Positions 8,563 to 19,200 of a stretch of DNA of 64,000 nt are shown here, piece by piece. Under the pieces are notes generated by a model. The model saw only the letters and a program-made list of their open reading frames with translations, was not told the DNA's origin and made no database searches. A program made the position numbers and the translations under genes. The DNA comes from an uncultured Acidobacteriota bacterium. Lineage in GTDB: Bacteria > Acidobacteriota > Vicinamibacteria > Vicinamibacterales > Fen-181. How positions within the stretch are numbered: position 1 is the stretch's first letter; every line of letters starts with the position of its first letter. The stretch is from assembly GCA_963783255.1 (NCBI GenBank), contig CAWAMP010000022.1, forward strand, positions 566,761 to 630,760. The letters run 5' to 3'.

Positions 8563-8675
8563 GATCTTGCGACGTTGCGATCTTGCGAACTGGTTATCCC
8601 GCGAGCTGGGATCTCACGGAATGGAGGCTGGCCGAAGTCCTTCGCAAGATCTCGACTTCGCACGATCGCAAGGTG
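8563..8675. repeat. 8-nt-period array, locus B, arranged as two inverted arms between convergent genes
   Basis: Arm 1 is GATCTTGC GACGTTGC GATCTTGC GAACTGGT (8563-8594). Arm 2 is AGTCCTTC GCAAGATC TCGACTTC GCACGATC GCAAGGTG (8636-8675). GATCTTGCGA at 8563-8572 is the exact reverse complement of 8642-8651. Confidence 0.85.
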
Positions 8676-8690
8676 CCCGCTGGTGGCACC

Positions 8691-10556
8691 CTACGTCTTC
8701 CCCATCCAGTGCAGAATACCGAGCGACATCCACTCCGAGTAGGTGATCAGCAGCACGCCGATCGCGAGGATGATCAGGAACGGGATCACGTAGCGATACA
8801 GCTTCGGCAGCGACGTGTTGAACCGCGACGACGACAGGAACAGGTTCAACCCGACCGGCGGGAACAGGAACCCCAGTTCCAGGTTCGACAGGAAGATCAC
8901 GCCGAGGTGAATCGGGTTGATGCCGTAGGCCGCCCCGAGCGGCACGACCAGCGGCGCCAGGATGACGATGGCCGCGTAGATCTCCACCACGCTGCCCACG
9001 ACCAGCAGGAAGACGTTCAGCGCGAGCAGGAACATCGCGGGCGACTGGATGTGCGCCTGGACCCACGCGAGAATCTGGACCGGAATCTGCGCGTCGACCA
9101 GATAGTTCGTGAACCCCATCGCGATGCTCAGCAGCATCAGCACGGCGCCCATCAGGCCCGCCGCCTTCAGCAGCACGCCCGGCAGCGTCCTGAACACGTG
9201 CAGGTCGCGGGTGATGAAACACTCGACGGCGACCGCGTATGCGAGCGCCGCCGCCGCCGTCTCCATCATCGTGAGCCAGCCCGAGGCGAACAGCCCCATC
9301 ACCACGAACGGGAGGCCGAGTTCCCACTTGGCCCGCCAGGTCGAAACGGCCAGTTCCTTCCAGGAGAACGCCTGCCGCTCCCGGCTGACGCGCCGGCCGA
9401 TGAAGATGCCGTAACCCGCCGTGAGGACGACGAGCAGCAGCCCCGGCAGCAGTCCGGCGATGTAGAGCTGATCGAGCGGGACGATCTGGTCGCGTGAGCT
9501 GGCGACGACCGAGTAGAGCACGACGGGGAGGCTCGGCGGGAACAGCAGGCCGAGCGAGCCGGAGGCCGTCACCAGCCCCAGCGAGAACCCTTCCGAGTAG
9601 CCGTCCTTGCGCAGCATCGGATACACGAGCCCGCCGAGCGCGATGATGGTCACGCCCGACCCGCCCGTGAACGTCGTGAACAGCGCGCACACGGCCGCCA
9701 CCATGACGGCGAGGCCGCCGGGCATCCACCCGAACAGCGAACGGAAGAACCGCACCAGCCGCTCCGCCGCCGCGCTCTCGGCGAGCACGTAGCCTGCCGC
9801 CGTCAGCAGCGGGATGGCGGGAAGCGTCGGTGAACCGATCAGGTCGTAGACCTTGCGCGTCACCGCCGACACCGGCGTGCCTTCCGAGAAGAACAGGACC
9901 GCGGCGATCCCGCCCATCGCGATGAACACCGGCGCGCCCAGCAGCGCCGCCGCCAGGACCACGAGCGCCAGCGGCCAGAGGTAACCGACCGCATCGGCGG
10001 GCAGCAGCCCGGTCGCGAACGCCGCCGGGATCGCGAGAAACGCGACCGAGCGCCCCCACCACCGGTCGGACGCCTTGTACGCGAACGCCAGTGCCATCAG
10101 CGCGAGCGCGATCGGCATCACGGCTTCCGATGCCCACTGCGGGATGCCGATCGGCAGCATCTTCGGCTCGGACGCTGCGCGATGCATCCGGACGATGTCG
10201 AACGCGCCCTTGCCGAGGACGGCGATGACCGCCGCCGACACCGAGAAGCCGAACAGCCGCGAGAGGCGGCGCGCGAGTCCCTCGCCGAAGAACTCCGCGG
10301 TCGAGAGCGTCAGGTGCTTGCCCTGGATCGCCGCCGCGAGACCGCCGACGAAGGCCAGCCACAAGGTGAGCTGCTTGACGTACTCGTCCTTGCCCGGCAC
10401 ATGGAATCCGCCGAACGGCCTCCCGACCGCGTCGACGAGCAGGAGGATGGTCGTCAGGGCGAGCGTCGCCGTCAGGATGGTCTGCTCGGCTCCCTTGAGC
10501 GCCCGGGCCAACACGCCCGGGCGGCTGCCGGAGGATTCCCGTGTCGTCTCGATCAT
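8691..10556 (-). CDS. TRAP transporter fused small+large permease (DctQ-DctM type)
   Basis: A 621-aa polytopic protein with an N-terminal DctQ-like four-helix part followed by a DctM-like body. It ends LITYSEWMSLGILHWMGKT. The solute-binding gene is immediately upstream. Confidence 0.9.
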   Translation of the reverse strand: MIETTRESSGSRPGVLARALKGAEQTILTATLALTTILLLVDAVGRPFGGFHVPGKDEYVKQLTLWLAFVGGLAAAIQGKHLTLSTAEFFGEGLARRLSRLFGFSVSAAVIAVLGKGAFDIVRMHRAASEPKMLPIGIPQWASEAVMPIALALMALAFAYKASDRWWGRSVAFLAIPAAFATGLLPADAVGYLWPLALVVLAAALLGAPVFIAMGGIAAVLFFSEGTPVSAVTRKVYDLIGSPTLPAIPLLTAAGYVLAESAAAERLVRFFRSLFGWMPGGLAVMVAAVCALFTTFTGGSGVTIIALGGLVYPMLRKDGYSEGFSLGLVTASGSLGLLFPPSLPVVLYSVVASSRDQIVPLDQLYIAGLLPGLLLVVLTAGYGIFIGRRVSRERQAFSWKELAVSTWRAKWELGLPFVVMGLFASGWLTMMETAAAALAYAVAVECFITRDLHVFRTLPGVLLKAAGLMGAVLMLLSIAMGFTNYLVDAQIPVQILAWVQAHIQSPAMFLLALNVFLLVVGSVVEIYAAIVILAPLVVPLGAAYGINPIHLGVIFLSNLELGFLFPPVGLNLFLSSSRFNTSLPKLYRYVIPFLIILAIGVLLITYSEWMSLGILHWMGKT

Positions 10557-10569
10557 CGCAGTGGCTCGC

Positions 10570-11626
10570 CTACTTCTTCGGCAACGCAGCCTGCTTCTTC
10601 CGGAACTCGTCGCGCGCCTTCATCGCCTCGTCGAACGCATCGGCGGGCACGAAGTCGCCGCGGACCTTTCCGTACGCGGTCTCGGCGGTCTTCCGCCACA
10701 GCTCCTTCGTCCTGGCATCGACCGGCACGACGGTCAGCCCGGCGGTCTTCATCGCGGCCACGTCCTTCTCGCCGCTCTGCCGGATGTCGGCCTGGAGCTT
10801 CGCGCCCGCCTCCTGCATCGCCTTGAGCAGGGCGGGCTTGATGTCGGCGGGGATCTGCGCCCACGTTTCCTTCTTGATGACCGTCCCGCCGAGCAGCAGC
10901 GCCCAGTTGAGGTCGGTCATGAACTTCGCCCTCTCGTAGTAGCGCCCGATCTGCGCCACCTGCGGCGACATCGAGCACGCCTCGAAGAGGCCGGTCGAGA
11001 GACCCATCGGGAGGTCGGCGAGGGCGGCGGGACGAGGGTTGAAGCCCGCCGTCTTCCAGAATCTCGAGCGACTTCGGGTCGCCCGCCCACTGGAACAGCT
11101 TGAGCTTTCTGAGGTCGTCCGGCGTCGCGACGGGCCTGGTCGTGAAGAAGTGGAGCCAGCCGGCGTCGGCCCAGTTCAGCATCAGGAAGCCCTTGGCGTC
11201 GATGGCCGTCTCGAGCCGCGACCTCAGCCGGTCGAGGACGAAGTAGGCCTCCTCGTAGGAGTCGTACGCCATCGGGATGCTCACCGCGTAGACCGACTTC
11301 TCGACCTCCGCGATCCCGACCGAGGTGAGCACGGCCCCCTGCAGTTCGCCGAGCCGCATCGCCGCCACGACCTCCGGCTCGTCACCCTTCGTGCCGCCAC
11401 CATAGAGAATCACCCTCACCCTGCCGTTCGAGAGCTTGCTCCACCTGTCGGCCACTTCCTTCAGCACGAGGAACCAGGACGAGTTGGTGGGCACCGAGGT
11501 GGCCATCTTGATCGTGATTGTCTGGGCGGACGCCGCCGAGGGGAGGGTAAGCGTGCCAACCAGGATCCCGGCCGCAACGACCCACGGGGTCCACCGGGGC
11601 CGTCGAACGTTCATTCTGGGGTTCAT
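10570..11626 (-). pseudogene. TRAP transporter solute-binding subunit (DctP/TatP type), split by a +1 frame error
   Basis: The N-terminal 190 aa lie in ORF 10553..11626 (signal peptide, ITIKMATSVP, GELQGAVLTS). The C-terminus lies in ORF 10570..11007. Deleting one A at 11054-11055 (minus sense GGAAGA) gives SLEILETAGFNPRPAALADLPMGLSTG, and 1056 nt gives 351 aa. Confidence 0.8.
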
Positions 11627-11648
11627 GATGCGGTTTCTCCGTATGCAA

Positions 11649-12560
11649 TCAAAACAGCTCGTCGACCCGCGACAGCAGCCACCGGGCCCGCCGCTGCGAG
11701 AGCACGTTGGCCAGCTTCTGCTCGGGCGGCGCCTTCTCGATGTCGACGGCCAGCGCCTCGTTCAGCAACTGCTCGAACTCCTTCTTCTTCTGCTCGGGCT
11801 GCAGCACCGACTCGGCGAACGACACGAGCGGCGACACCCGCTGTCCGGCCGACAGGTCCCTGGAGCGGGCGTAGTGCTCCCGCGCCTTCTCCACCGAGCC
11901 GCCGGCCGACGAGTGCCCCGCCTCCCAGGAGATGAAGAAGTCGTGCAGCGACCCCTTCTCCCACGCCTCGTCCAGCGCCAGCGCGCGGCGCATCATCTTC
12001 TCGATCGCCGTCTGGTTCACCGACAGCGACGAGTCCGCGACATCGATCGCGAAGGCCGCGGCCCAGGCCGCCCCGGTGTAGTACAGCAGCGGCACGTGCT
12101 TCCTGGTGGCCTTCGCGAGCGCCGCGTCCGGGTCCGTGCGAATCCGCTCGCTGAAGCCGGGGAGCTCCAGGTCGAGCGCACGCATCCCGTAGCCCACCGC
12201 CCTCATGTAGAGCTTCTTGGCGCGGGCGCGCATCGCGGTCGCCTTCTGGAGGTCCTGAGCCTCGACGAAATCGGCCTCCTGCTGGACGAACGCGTAGGAG
12301 TACTGGGTGAACCCGCTGCACGCGGCAAACAGCAGCCCCTTGTGCTTGGGCGACTGCGCCAGCAGGCCCTCGATCGTCTTGAGGCCGAACGGGATGGCGC
12401 CGGCAATGAGTTCGGGGTCGTCGTCGCTGGCGAAGTTCGAACCGGACTCGGCCAGCGCGTTCCCGACCGTGTTGATCGCCATCTTCTTGATGGAGCAGCC
12501 CGGAAGCGACACCACCGCGACGAGGAGCACCAGCAGGCGAACGTGGGTGTGTGAGGCCAT
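11649..12560 (-). CDS. TatT-family (TRAP-associated TPR-like) lipoprotein
   Basis: A 303-aa protein with lipobox LPGC and an all-helical body with a TatT-like N-terminus (INTVGNALAESGSNFASDDDPELIAGAIPFGLKTIEGLL). It is first in the operon with the TRAP genes. Confidence 0.7.
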   Translation of the reverse strand: MASHTHVRLLVLLVAVVSLPGCSIKKMAINTVGNALAESGSNFASDDDPELIAGAIPFGLKTIEGLLAQSPKHKGLLFAACSGFTQYSYAFVQQEADFVEAQDLQKATAMRARAKKLYMRAVGYGMRALDLELPGFSERIRTDPDAALAKATRKHVPLLYYTGAAWAAAFAIDVADSSLSVNQTAIEKMMRRALALDEAWEKGSLHDFFISWEAGHSSAGGSVEKAREHYARSRDLSAGQRVSPLVSFAESVLQPEQKKKEFEQLLNEALAVDIEKAPPEQKLANVLSQRRARWLLSRVDELF

Positions 12561-12679
12561 AATCGCAAAGAGCCGGACCGTTTATTGTAGCCGATTCCCG
12601 CCCGTCACCGCCCTCGCCGGTCCCTCCTTCCTGTATCTGACGAAGCGCCGGTCGGAGGTTACAGGCGGCCGTCGGGCCG

Positions 12680-15337
12680 TCAGCGCCCCGGGGTGTAGAT
12701 CGCCGCGTTGAACAGGACGCGGAACGTCCCGAACGACTGGTCGCGCCACTGCGGGCGGAACCCGAGCAGCACGACGTGCCCCTGGCCGAGTTCGACGTCC
12801 AACGCCGCCGCCTTGCCCAGGAGATACTTCTCCCCAATCAGGTAGCCGGACAGCAGCGGCGAGCCGGCCTCGGCGTACCGGGCGATCACCGTGCCCTTGA
12901 ATCCCTCCAGCGTGTCGAAGACCGGGCTGCCGTCCACGAAGACCGCCGCCCGATCCGGCATCCCGGCCATGACCGGATGGGTCGGGTCTGGCCTGACGTC
13001 GACAATCGAACCGCGCAGGAAGAAGTCCTCGGGCTTGAGGCCCTCGACCGCGTTCTTCACCGGCAGCTTGAGCTGCTGGACGGCCCACCGGGTGGCGCCG
13101 TTCATCGCGACCAGCGTGCCGCCGCTCCTGATGAACGCCTCGAACGCCTGGAGGTCGGCCGCCGTCAGCGCGTACGCGTACTCGGGCCTGACCACGCGGC
13201 TACCGCCGCCTCTCGCTCCACCCGCCGGCGCGCCTTCGACCGGAATCCTCGCGTCTTCCGCCAGGATGACGACGTCGACGCGGCTCCCGAGCGGCGTCCG
13301 GAAGTCCTCGGGGCGGAGGACGACGAAGTCGAAGCCGTATTGCTCCAGCAGCCAGCGCGTCCAGCCCTCGTCGATGCTGCCGCTCCACGGCTGGAACAGC
13401 CCGATGCGCGGCTTCTTCATCGGCGCGGCGGCGGCACTTGTTCGCTCGGCAATGAGCGCGAGGGCCTTCACCACGTCCGCCTGCGCCGCTTCCGTCATCC
13501 CGCTAATCGCGTACCGTGCGCCGGACGCGCCGGGCACGAGGGCCACCGAGGCCCCCTGCTTCCACGCGCGATTGATCGCACGGTAGGCGTTGTTCTGCGC
13601 GGGGTTCACGAGCAGCGTCAACCCGGTCCCGCTGACCCGGCCCGGCGGCGGGACGATGGCCGCGGCGGCGGGGCTCGAATCGAACCCGATGCCGGGCACG
13701 CTGTCGAACGGCGCCGCGTCCCCGGCATCGGTCATGTTGTACGCCGTCGCCTTCCCCTTCGGGGCGACCGGCGTCCCGAGCGGTGCCAGTCTCGCCCGCA
13801 CGTCCGCCTCCAGGGGCTTGGACGCGTACGCGATCTGGACCCCCATCTGAAGCGGTAGCGTCCAGCCGGCCGCGTCGTAGGGTCTCATCGGCGGCCCGCC
13901 CGGGTACTGGCGGAGGTCGGGGTACTTCTGCGGATCGAGCACTTCGCGCGCTACCGCCGCGAACTCCTGGTCGGTCGGCACCACCCACGTGCCCGCAGGA
14001 TAGCTCACACCATCGATCGTCGCTTCCGCCGTCAGCTGGGACACGCGCACGCCGCCGAACGCCAGGCGGCGGAGCATCTCGACGGGGGCGACCGGATCGC
14101 GCTGCTGCTGGTGAATCACGTAGGCGAACGGCGCCGTCGTCTTCCCCTTCGCGATCTGGTCGCGGCCGGCCTGGTAGCGGTTGTAGAGCAGCGAGTCCTT
14201 GTACTTCGCGGCGTACTCCAGCGTCGCGATCGCCGCCGTCTCGTTGTAGTTCACCGCGTCTGCCAGGCGCCACCACCCGGCCGGCCACGGACTCGAGTAG
14301 AGGCTCTGCGGGCGCAGATCCCGAAAGGCCTGGGGCAGGTCGTCGGGCGTGTACTCGCGCGGCGCAGCCTGGTTCCCCGCGGTTTCGGTCCAGAACGCCG
14401 GGATGTTCTTGAACACGGGCGCGTAGTCCACGTAGCCCGGGTACCACGCGTCGAAGGACGTGCCCATGTGGGTGGCGCCGACCTGCCCTCGCGCGTCGAG
14501 CCCCTGCGCGATCGCCATGCCGATCATGTTGATCTCGCGGGAGACGATCGGCGGCGCATGGAGGCCGACCGGCTCGGAGAACGGCGGCAGCCAGATCCTC
14601 GCCGGAAACGGCGCGGTCTGGTGGAAGACGTAGATGATGTGCGGTTCCCACTGCCGCCAGAAGTGCTCGAGCACCCGCGACTCGATCATGTTGACCATGT
14701 AGCCGTCGCGGTTGTTGTCGTGGCCGACGTACTCCTGGTAGAGCCGCGGCAGCCCCGACCGCTCGAACGGCGTGCCCGCGTTCGTGGCCAGCCACTCGCC
14801 CACCATCTGCATCCCATCCGGGTTCATCGTCGGCCACAGCATGACGACGTCGTTGGCGAGGATCTCCTGGATGACCGGGTCACTCGTCCCGGTGAGCAGG
14901 CTGTAGGCGAGCTGTGGCGCCATCTGCGGCCCCGCCACCTCGGTGGCGTGGCAGCCGCCGTCGATGTGGACGAACGCGCGGCCCTCGCGCGCGAGCGCCC
15001 GCGCCTGGGCGTCGGTCAGGTTCCGGGGGTGCGCCAGTTGCTGCGCGATCTCGCGGAGGCGATCGATCCTGCCGAGGTTGGCCGGGGCCGACACGAGGGC
15101 GAAGTACATCGTCCGGCCCTGAGTCGTCCTGCCGGCCTCGACCAGCCTGATCGAACGGCTCGCCGCCGCGAGCTTCTTCAGGTACTCGATGGTCTGGTCG
15201 TAGGTCGCCAGCCTGTTGTCGGCGCCGGGCGTGAACCCGAAGATCGATTCGGGTGTCGGAATCGCCGGCCCGGCCGCCTGGAGCACGACGTAGCTGGCCG
15301 CGACCAGGGCGAGGATCGTGTTGGCGATCTTGCGCAT
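12680..15337 (-). CDS. secreted M14-family metallocarboxypeptidase-like protein with a large C-terminal extension
   Basis: The ATG at 15337 gives the signal peptide MRKIANTILALVAASYVVLQA. The zinc motif is HIDGGCHATEVAG (HxxE). The 885-aa product includes a class-I amidotransferase-like C-terminal region. Confidence 0.75.
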   Translation of the reverse strand: MRKIANTILALVAASYVVLQAAGPAIPTPESIFGFTPGADNRLATYDQTIEYLKKLAAASRSIRLVEAGRTTQGRTMYFALVSAPANLGRIDRLREIAQQLAHPRNLTDAQARALAREGRAFVHIDGGCHATEVAGPQMAPQLAYSLLTGTSDPVIQEILANDVVMLWPTMNPDGMQMVGEWLATNAGTPFERSGLPRLYQEYVGHDNNRDGYMVNMIESRVLEHFWRQWEPHIIYVFHQTAPFPARIWLPPFSEPVGLHAPPIVSREINMIGMAIAQGLDARGQVGATHMGTSFDAWYPGYVDYAPVFKNIPAFWTETAGNQAAPREYTPDDLPQAFRDLRPQSLYSSPWPAGWWRLADAVNYNETAAIATLEYAAKYKDSLLYNRYQAGRDQIAKGKTTAPFAYVIHQQQRDPVAPVEMLRRLAFGGVRVSQLTAEATIDGVSYPAGTWVVPTDQEFAAVAREVLDPQKYPDLRQYPGGPPMRPYDAAGWTLPLQMGVQIAYASKPLEADVRARLAPLGTPVAPKGKATAYNMTDAGDAAPFDSVPGIGFDSSPAAAAIVPPPGRVSGTGLTLLVNPAQNNAYRAINRAWKQGASVALVPGASGARYAISGMTEAAQADVVKALALIAERTSAAAAPMKKPRIGLFQPWSGSIDEGWTRWLLEQYGFDFVVLRPEDFRTPLGSRVDVVILAEDARIPVEGAPAGGARGGGSRVVRPEYAYALTAADLQAFEAFIRSGGTLVAMNGATRWAVQQLKLPVKNAVEGLKPEDFFLRGSIVDVRPDPTHPVMAGMPDRAAVFVDGSPVFDTLEGFKGTVIARYAEAGSPLLSGYLIGEKYLLGKAAALDVELGQGHVVLLGFRPQWRDQSFGTFRVLFNAAIYTPGR

Positions 15338-15480
15338 CGAGAAGTCCCCCCACACGTGTCTCGCGCCTGCGAACAATCGCATGACGCGGCACGTTGTGCG
15401 TACTATACGACGCTCTGAACCACGGAGCCTCTGTGGTCCCTGTGTGCTCCACGGCTGGCCTTCGGTTACCATGGGCGCCT

Positions 15481-16230
15481 ATGAGCCTGCTCTTCGAAGT
15501 GTGCGTGGATTCGGCCGAGGCGGCCGTGGCAGCCGAGGAGGGCGGCGCGGACCGCGTCGAGCTGTGCAGCGACCTGCTCGAGGGCGGCCTGACGCCGAGT
15601 TGCGGGACGCTGGCCGTGGCACGTCGGCGGCTGCGCATCGACATCATGGCCATGGTCCGCCCGCGCGGCGGCGACTTCTGCTACACCGACACCGAGTTCG
15701 CCGTGATGCGCGAGGACCTGCTGGCGGCGAAGCAACTCGGGGCAAACGGCGTCGTGTTCGGACTCCTGAGTCCGGACGGCACCGTCGACCGGCCGAGAAC
15801 GGCGGAACTCATCGCGCTGGCGCGGCCGCTGCCGGTCACCTTCCACCGCGCGTTCGACGTGTCCCGTGACCCGTTCGAAGCGCTGGACACCTTGATCGAT
15901 CTCGGCGTCGAGCGCGTGCTGACGTCCGGCCAGGAGCCGAGCGTTCTCGAAGGCCTCGACCTGATCGCCGCCCTCGTGAAGCGCGCGGCGGGGCGCATCA
16001 TCGTCATGCCCGGGGGCGGCATCACCGAGCGCACGGTCGGCAGGATCGCGCCCGTGTGCGGCGCGACCGAACTGCACTTTGCCAGCCTGGAGCCGCGTGA
16101 GGGGCGGATGACGTATCGGAACCCGCGGGTGTTCATGGGCGGCACACTCCGGCCCCCGGAATACGCGCAGGACGTGACGCGGCCCGCGTCGGTCGCCGCC
16201 ATCATCGCGGCGGCCCGCGGCCGTGCGTGA
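15481..16230 (+). CDS. cutC: copper homeostasis protein CutC
   Basis: A 249-aa protein starting MSLLFEVCVDS, with GADRVELC, VTFHRAFD and VLTSG blocks typical of CutC. Confidence 0.85.
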   Translation: MSLLFEVCVDSAEAAVAAEEGGADRVELCSDLLEGGLTPSCGTLAVARRRLRIDIMAMVRPRGGDFCYTDTEFAVMREDLLAAKQLGANGVVFGLLSPDGTVDRPRTAELIALARPLPVTFHRAFDVSRDPFEALDTLIDLGVERVLTSGQEPSVLEGLDLIAALVKRAAGRIIVMPGGGITERTVGRIAPVCGATELHFASLEPREGRMTYRNPRVFMGGTLRPPEYAQDVTRPASVAAIIAAARGRA

Positions 16231-16240
16231 GCGTCTCTCT

Positions 16241-19200
16241 ATGAACCGTTCGGCGTCGGCGACAGTGACGGCTGCGTGTGCGGCGCTGCTGGGCGCAGTG
16301 TGGCTGACGTCCTGGAGTCCGTCCGCGCAGTCGGACCCAGGCACGCCATCCCGGCCTCGTGTCGCCGTGTTCTTCGAGTCGGGGTTCCCGGCGGTTGACA
16401 TCGACGCGATCGCTGAAGCCGCGCTGCGGACGGCGCTGGCGGGTCTGGACGCGGAGTTCGTGACAGCCGGTCGGCTTTCCTCAGAGCTGACCCGGAGCCG
16501 CTACGACGTCCTGGTGATGCCCTTCGGGAGCGCGTATCCCGAAGAGGCGTGGCCAGCCATCCTGCGATTCCTCGAAGGCGGCGGGAACTTCGTCAATGTC
16601 GGCGGGCGCCCGTTCGCGGTGGCGGTGTCCCGGCGCGGAACGGCCTGGCACGCCCAGGCCGAATCGCCGGCCTGCTACAAGGCGCTAGGCTTCACGCACG
16701 TCTTCCAGGTTCCGGCCGCGGCGGTGTCGGTGTGGACGGCGGCGGGCGCGACGCCGGCCGTCCCCCAGTCTCTTGCCACCGGCTTTCGCGCCGACGCCGT
16801 GTTCGAGGCGGATATCCGGCTGACCAACACGAAGACCTTCCCCGACGAGGACGGCTCGGACGGACCGCGCGAGGGCCGCGTGCAGCCGCTGGTCGTCGGC
16901 ACAGACGCCGCAGGCAGGCCCATCGCGGCGCCCATCATCCGAATCGATCGGCTGGCCGGCCGCTTCTCCGGCGGCGCCTGGGTGCTGGCGAGCCTGCGCG
17001 GACGCGTCAGCCCGGCGGCCGTGCGAACGCTCGTCGAGGCGGCCTCGACCGGTGCGATCGAGATCACCGCGCGACCCACCCTCGCGGGCTATCACCCCGG
17101 CGAAGTGCCCGAGGTGGAGGTGACCGTGAGGCGGCCCGGTGCCCGAACGGACGAACCTCGGCTCCTCGAGGCGACGCTGGCCCTCACCGGCCCTGATGGG
17201 CGGCGCCTCGGCTCGCAGGCAGCGACCCTCGCCGGCACCGCCGCGCTCTCCACGGTACGGGTGCCGTACTCCGGCCTCGATCGTCCGCTCGGCCGGGGCC
17301 TGCACGACGTGCGCGTTACTGTCGTCGTCCGGCCGCCCGGAGTCGGGATGGCGGCCACGCGCCTCGAGACGCGCACCGGCTTCTGGATCTACGACGCGTC
17401 GATGCTCGCAGGGGGCGCGCCCCTCGCCGCGTCGACAGACGGCTTCGCGCGAGGCGGCCGCCCGTTCCCGGTCCTCGGCACCACCTACATGGCGTCGGAC
17501 GTGCACCGCCGGTTCCTCCTCGAGCCGAACCCGTTCGTCTGGAATCGCGATTTCACCGAGATGAAGGCCGCGGGCGTCAACCTGATCCGAACCGGCATCT
17601 GGACCGGGTGGAAGACCTACATGCCCGAGGTCGGACGGCTGGACGAATCGGCCCTCAGGGCGCTCGATGTCTTCCTCCTGACTGCGCGGCAGCACGACAT
17701 CCCGGTCATCTTCACCTTCTTCGCGTTCCTCCCCGAGGCCTGGGGCGGCGAGAATCCGTTCCTGGATCCGCGTGCCGTCGAAGCCCAGCAGGCGTTTCTC
17801 GGCGCCATCGCCCGGCGGTATGCGTCCGCGAACGATCTGATCTGGGACGTGATCAACGAGCCGTCGTTCAGCTCGGCCGCACAGCTGTGGCGGACGCGCC
17901 CGAACGGCGACGCATCGGAGAACGCCGCCTGGGACCAGTGGCTGAGGACGCGCTACGGCACTGGCGGCGAGGACTACCGTGCGGCGGCGCTGCGGGCCTG
18001 GGGCGCGGCGCCCGACGAGACGATCGCGCCGCCCTCGCTCGACGACTTCACGGACCGCAACCTGTTCGGCACGGTCCGCCCCCGGAAGGCTGCCGACTAC
18101 AAGCGGTTCTCGCAGGACATGTTCACGGCGTGGGTCGGCCGGATGACCGAGGCGCTGCGGAGCAACGGAAACCACGCGCAGCTCATCACCGTCGGCCAGG
18201 ACGAGGGCGGCCTGAGCGAGCGGCCGAACCCGCTGTTCTTCGGCCGACGCGTCGACTTCACCTGCATGCACACGTGGTGGAACAACGACGCGCAGGCCTG
18301 GGACGCCGTCCTGTCGGCGCTGCCCGACCGGCCGCTGCTCGTCGAAGAGACGGGCATGATGCGCTACGAGCGGGTCGACGGCACGCCGTGGCGAACCGAG
18401 GAGGAGGCGGCGCGCCTGCTGGAGCGCAAGCTGGCGATCGCGGTCGGATCGGGAAGCTCCGGGTACGTCCAGTGGATCTGGAACACGAATCCGTACATGG
18501 CCAGCGACAACGAGGCCGGCATCGGCTTCTTCCGCGCTGACGGCACGGCGCGCCCCGAACTGGAACCGTTCATCCGCCAGTCGCGCTTCCTGCGCACGCA
18601 CGCCGACCGGCTGCGAGGCCGGACGCTCGAGGACGTCGCGCTGCTCGTCCCGCATTCGCAGATGTTCTCGCCCCGAAACCTGGCCGTCGAGGCCACGCAG
18701 CGCGCGGTCCGGGTGCTGGCGAACCACCTGCACGTACAGGCGCGCGCGGTTGGCGAGTACGGGCTCGCCGACACGCTCGGTTCGCCGCGGCTCATCGTCG
18801 CGCCGTCGCCGCGCGTGCTGACCGACGCCGCCTGGCAGACGTTGATGGCGGCCGTCGAGCAGGGCTCCACGCTGCTCGTCACCGGCATCATCGACGCCGA
18901 CGAACGGTGGCTGACGGTCGAACGGACGAAGGCACTCGGCGTGCGGGCCTCGTCGAGGCCGGTGGCCGGCCAGGAATCAGCGGTGGTCGCCGGCACGACC
19001 TATCGGCTTGGCTACCGGGGCGATCGCCTCGAACGGCTCGAGACGGCATTCGTCGTGGACGATTCGCCAGCCGCGGTTCACAAGGTCGTGCGGGGCAAGG
19101 GGCGCATCCTCTGGATGCCGTTGCCGGTGGAACTGTCGGATTCGCCCGACGCCACGGTCGCACTCTATCGTGCGGCGGTCATCGAGGCCGGCGTCCGACC

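Noticed and set aside
8563-8675. GATC clusters plus a TTATCC-containing stretch as a replication origin.
   Set aside because: There is no dnaA/dnaN context, no set of DnaA-box 9-mers (only a partial TTATCCCGC) and no AT-rich unwinding element. The same GATC-bearing arrays occur at five separate loci.
15337-15481. The hairpin-like CCACGGAGCC-TCTGTGG and other short inverted repeats in divergent promoter spacers as regulatory sites.
   Set aside because: They have imperfect stems of 6-7 bp in GC-rich DNA, no repetition elsewhere in the window, and no recognisable operator consensus.
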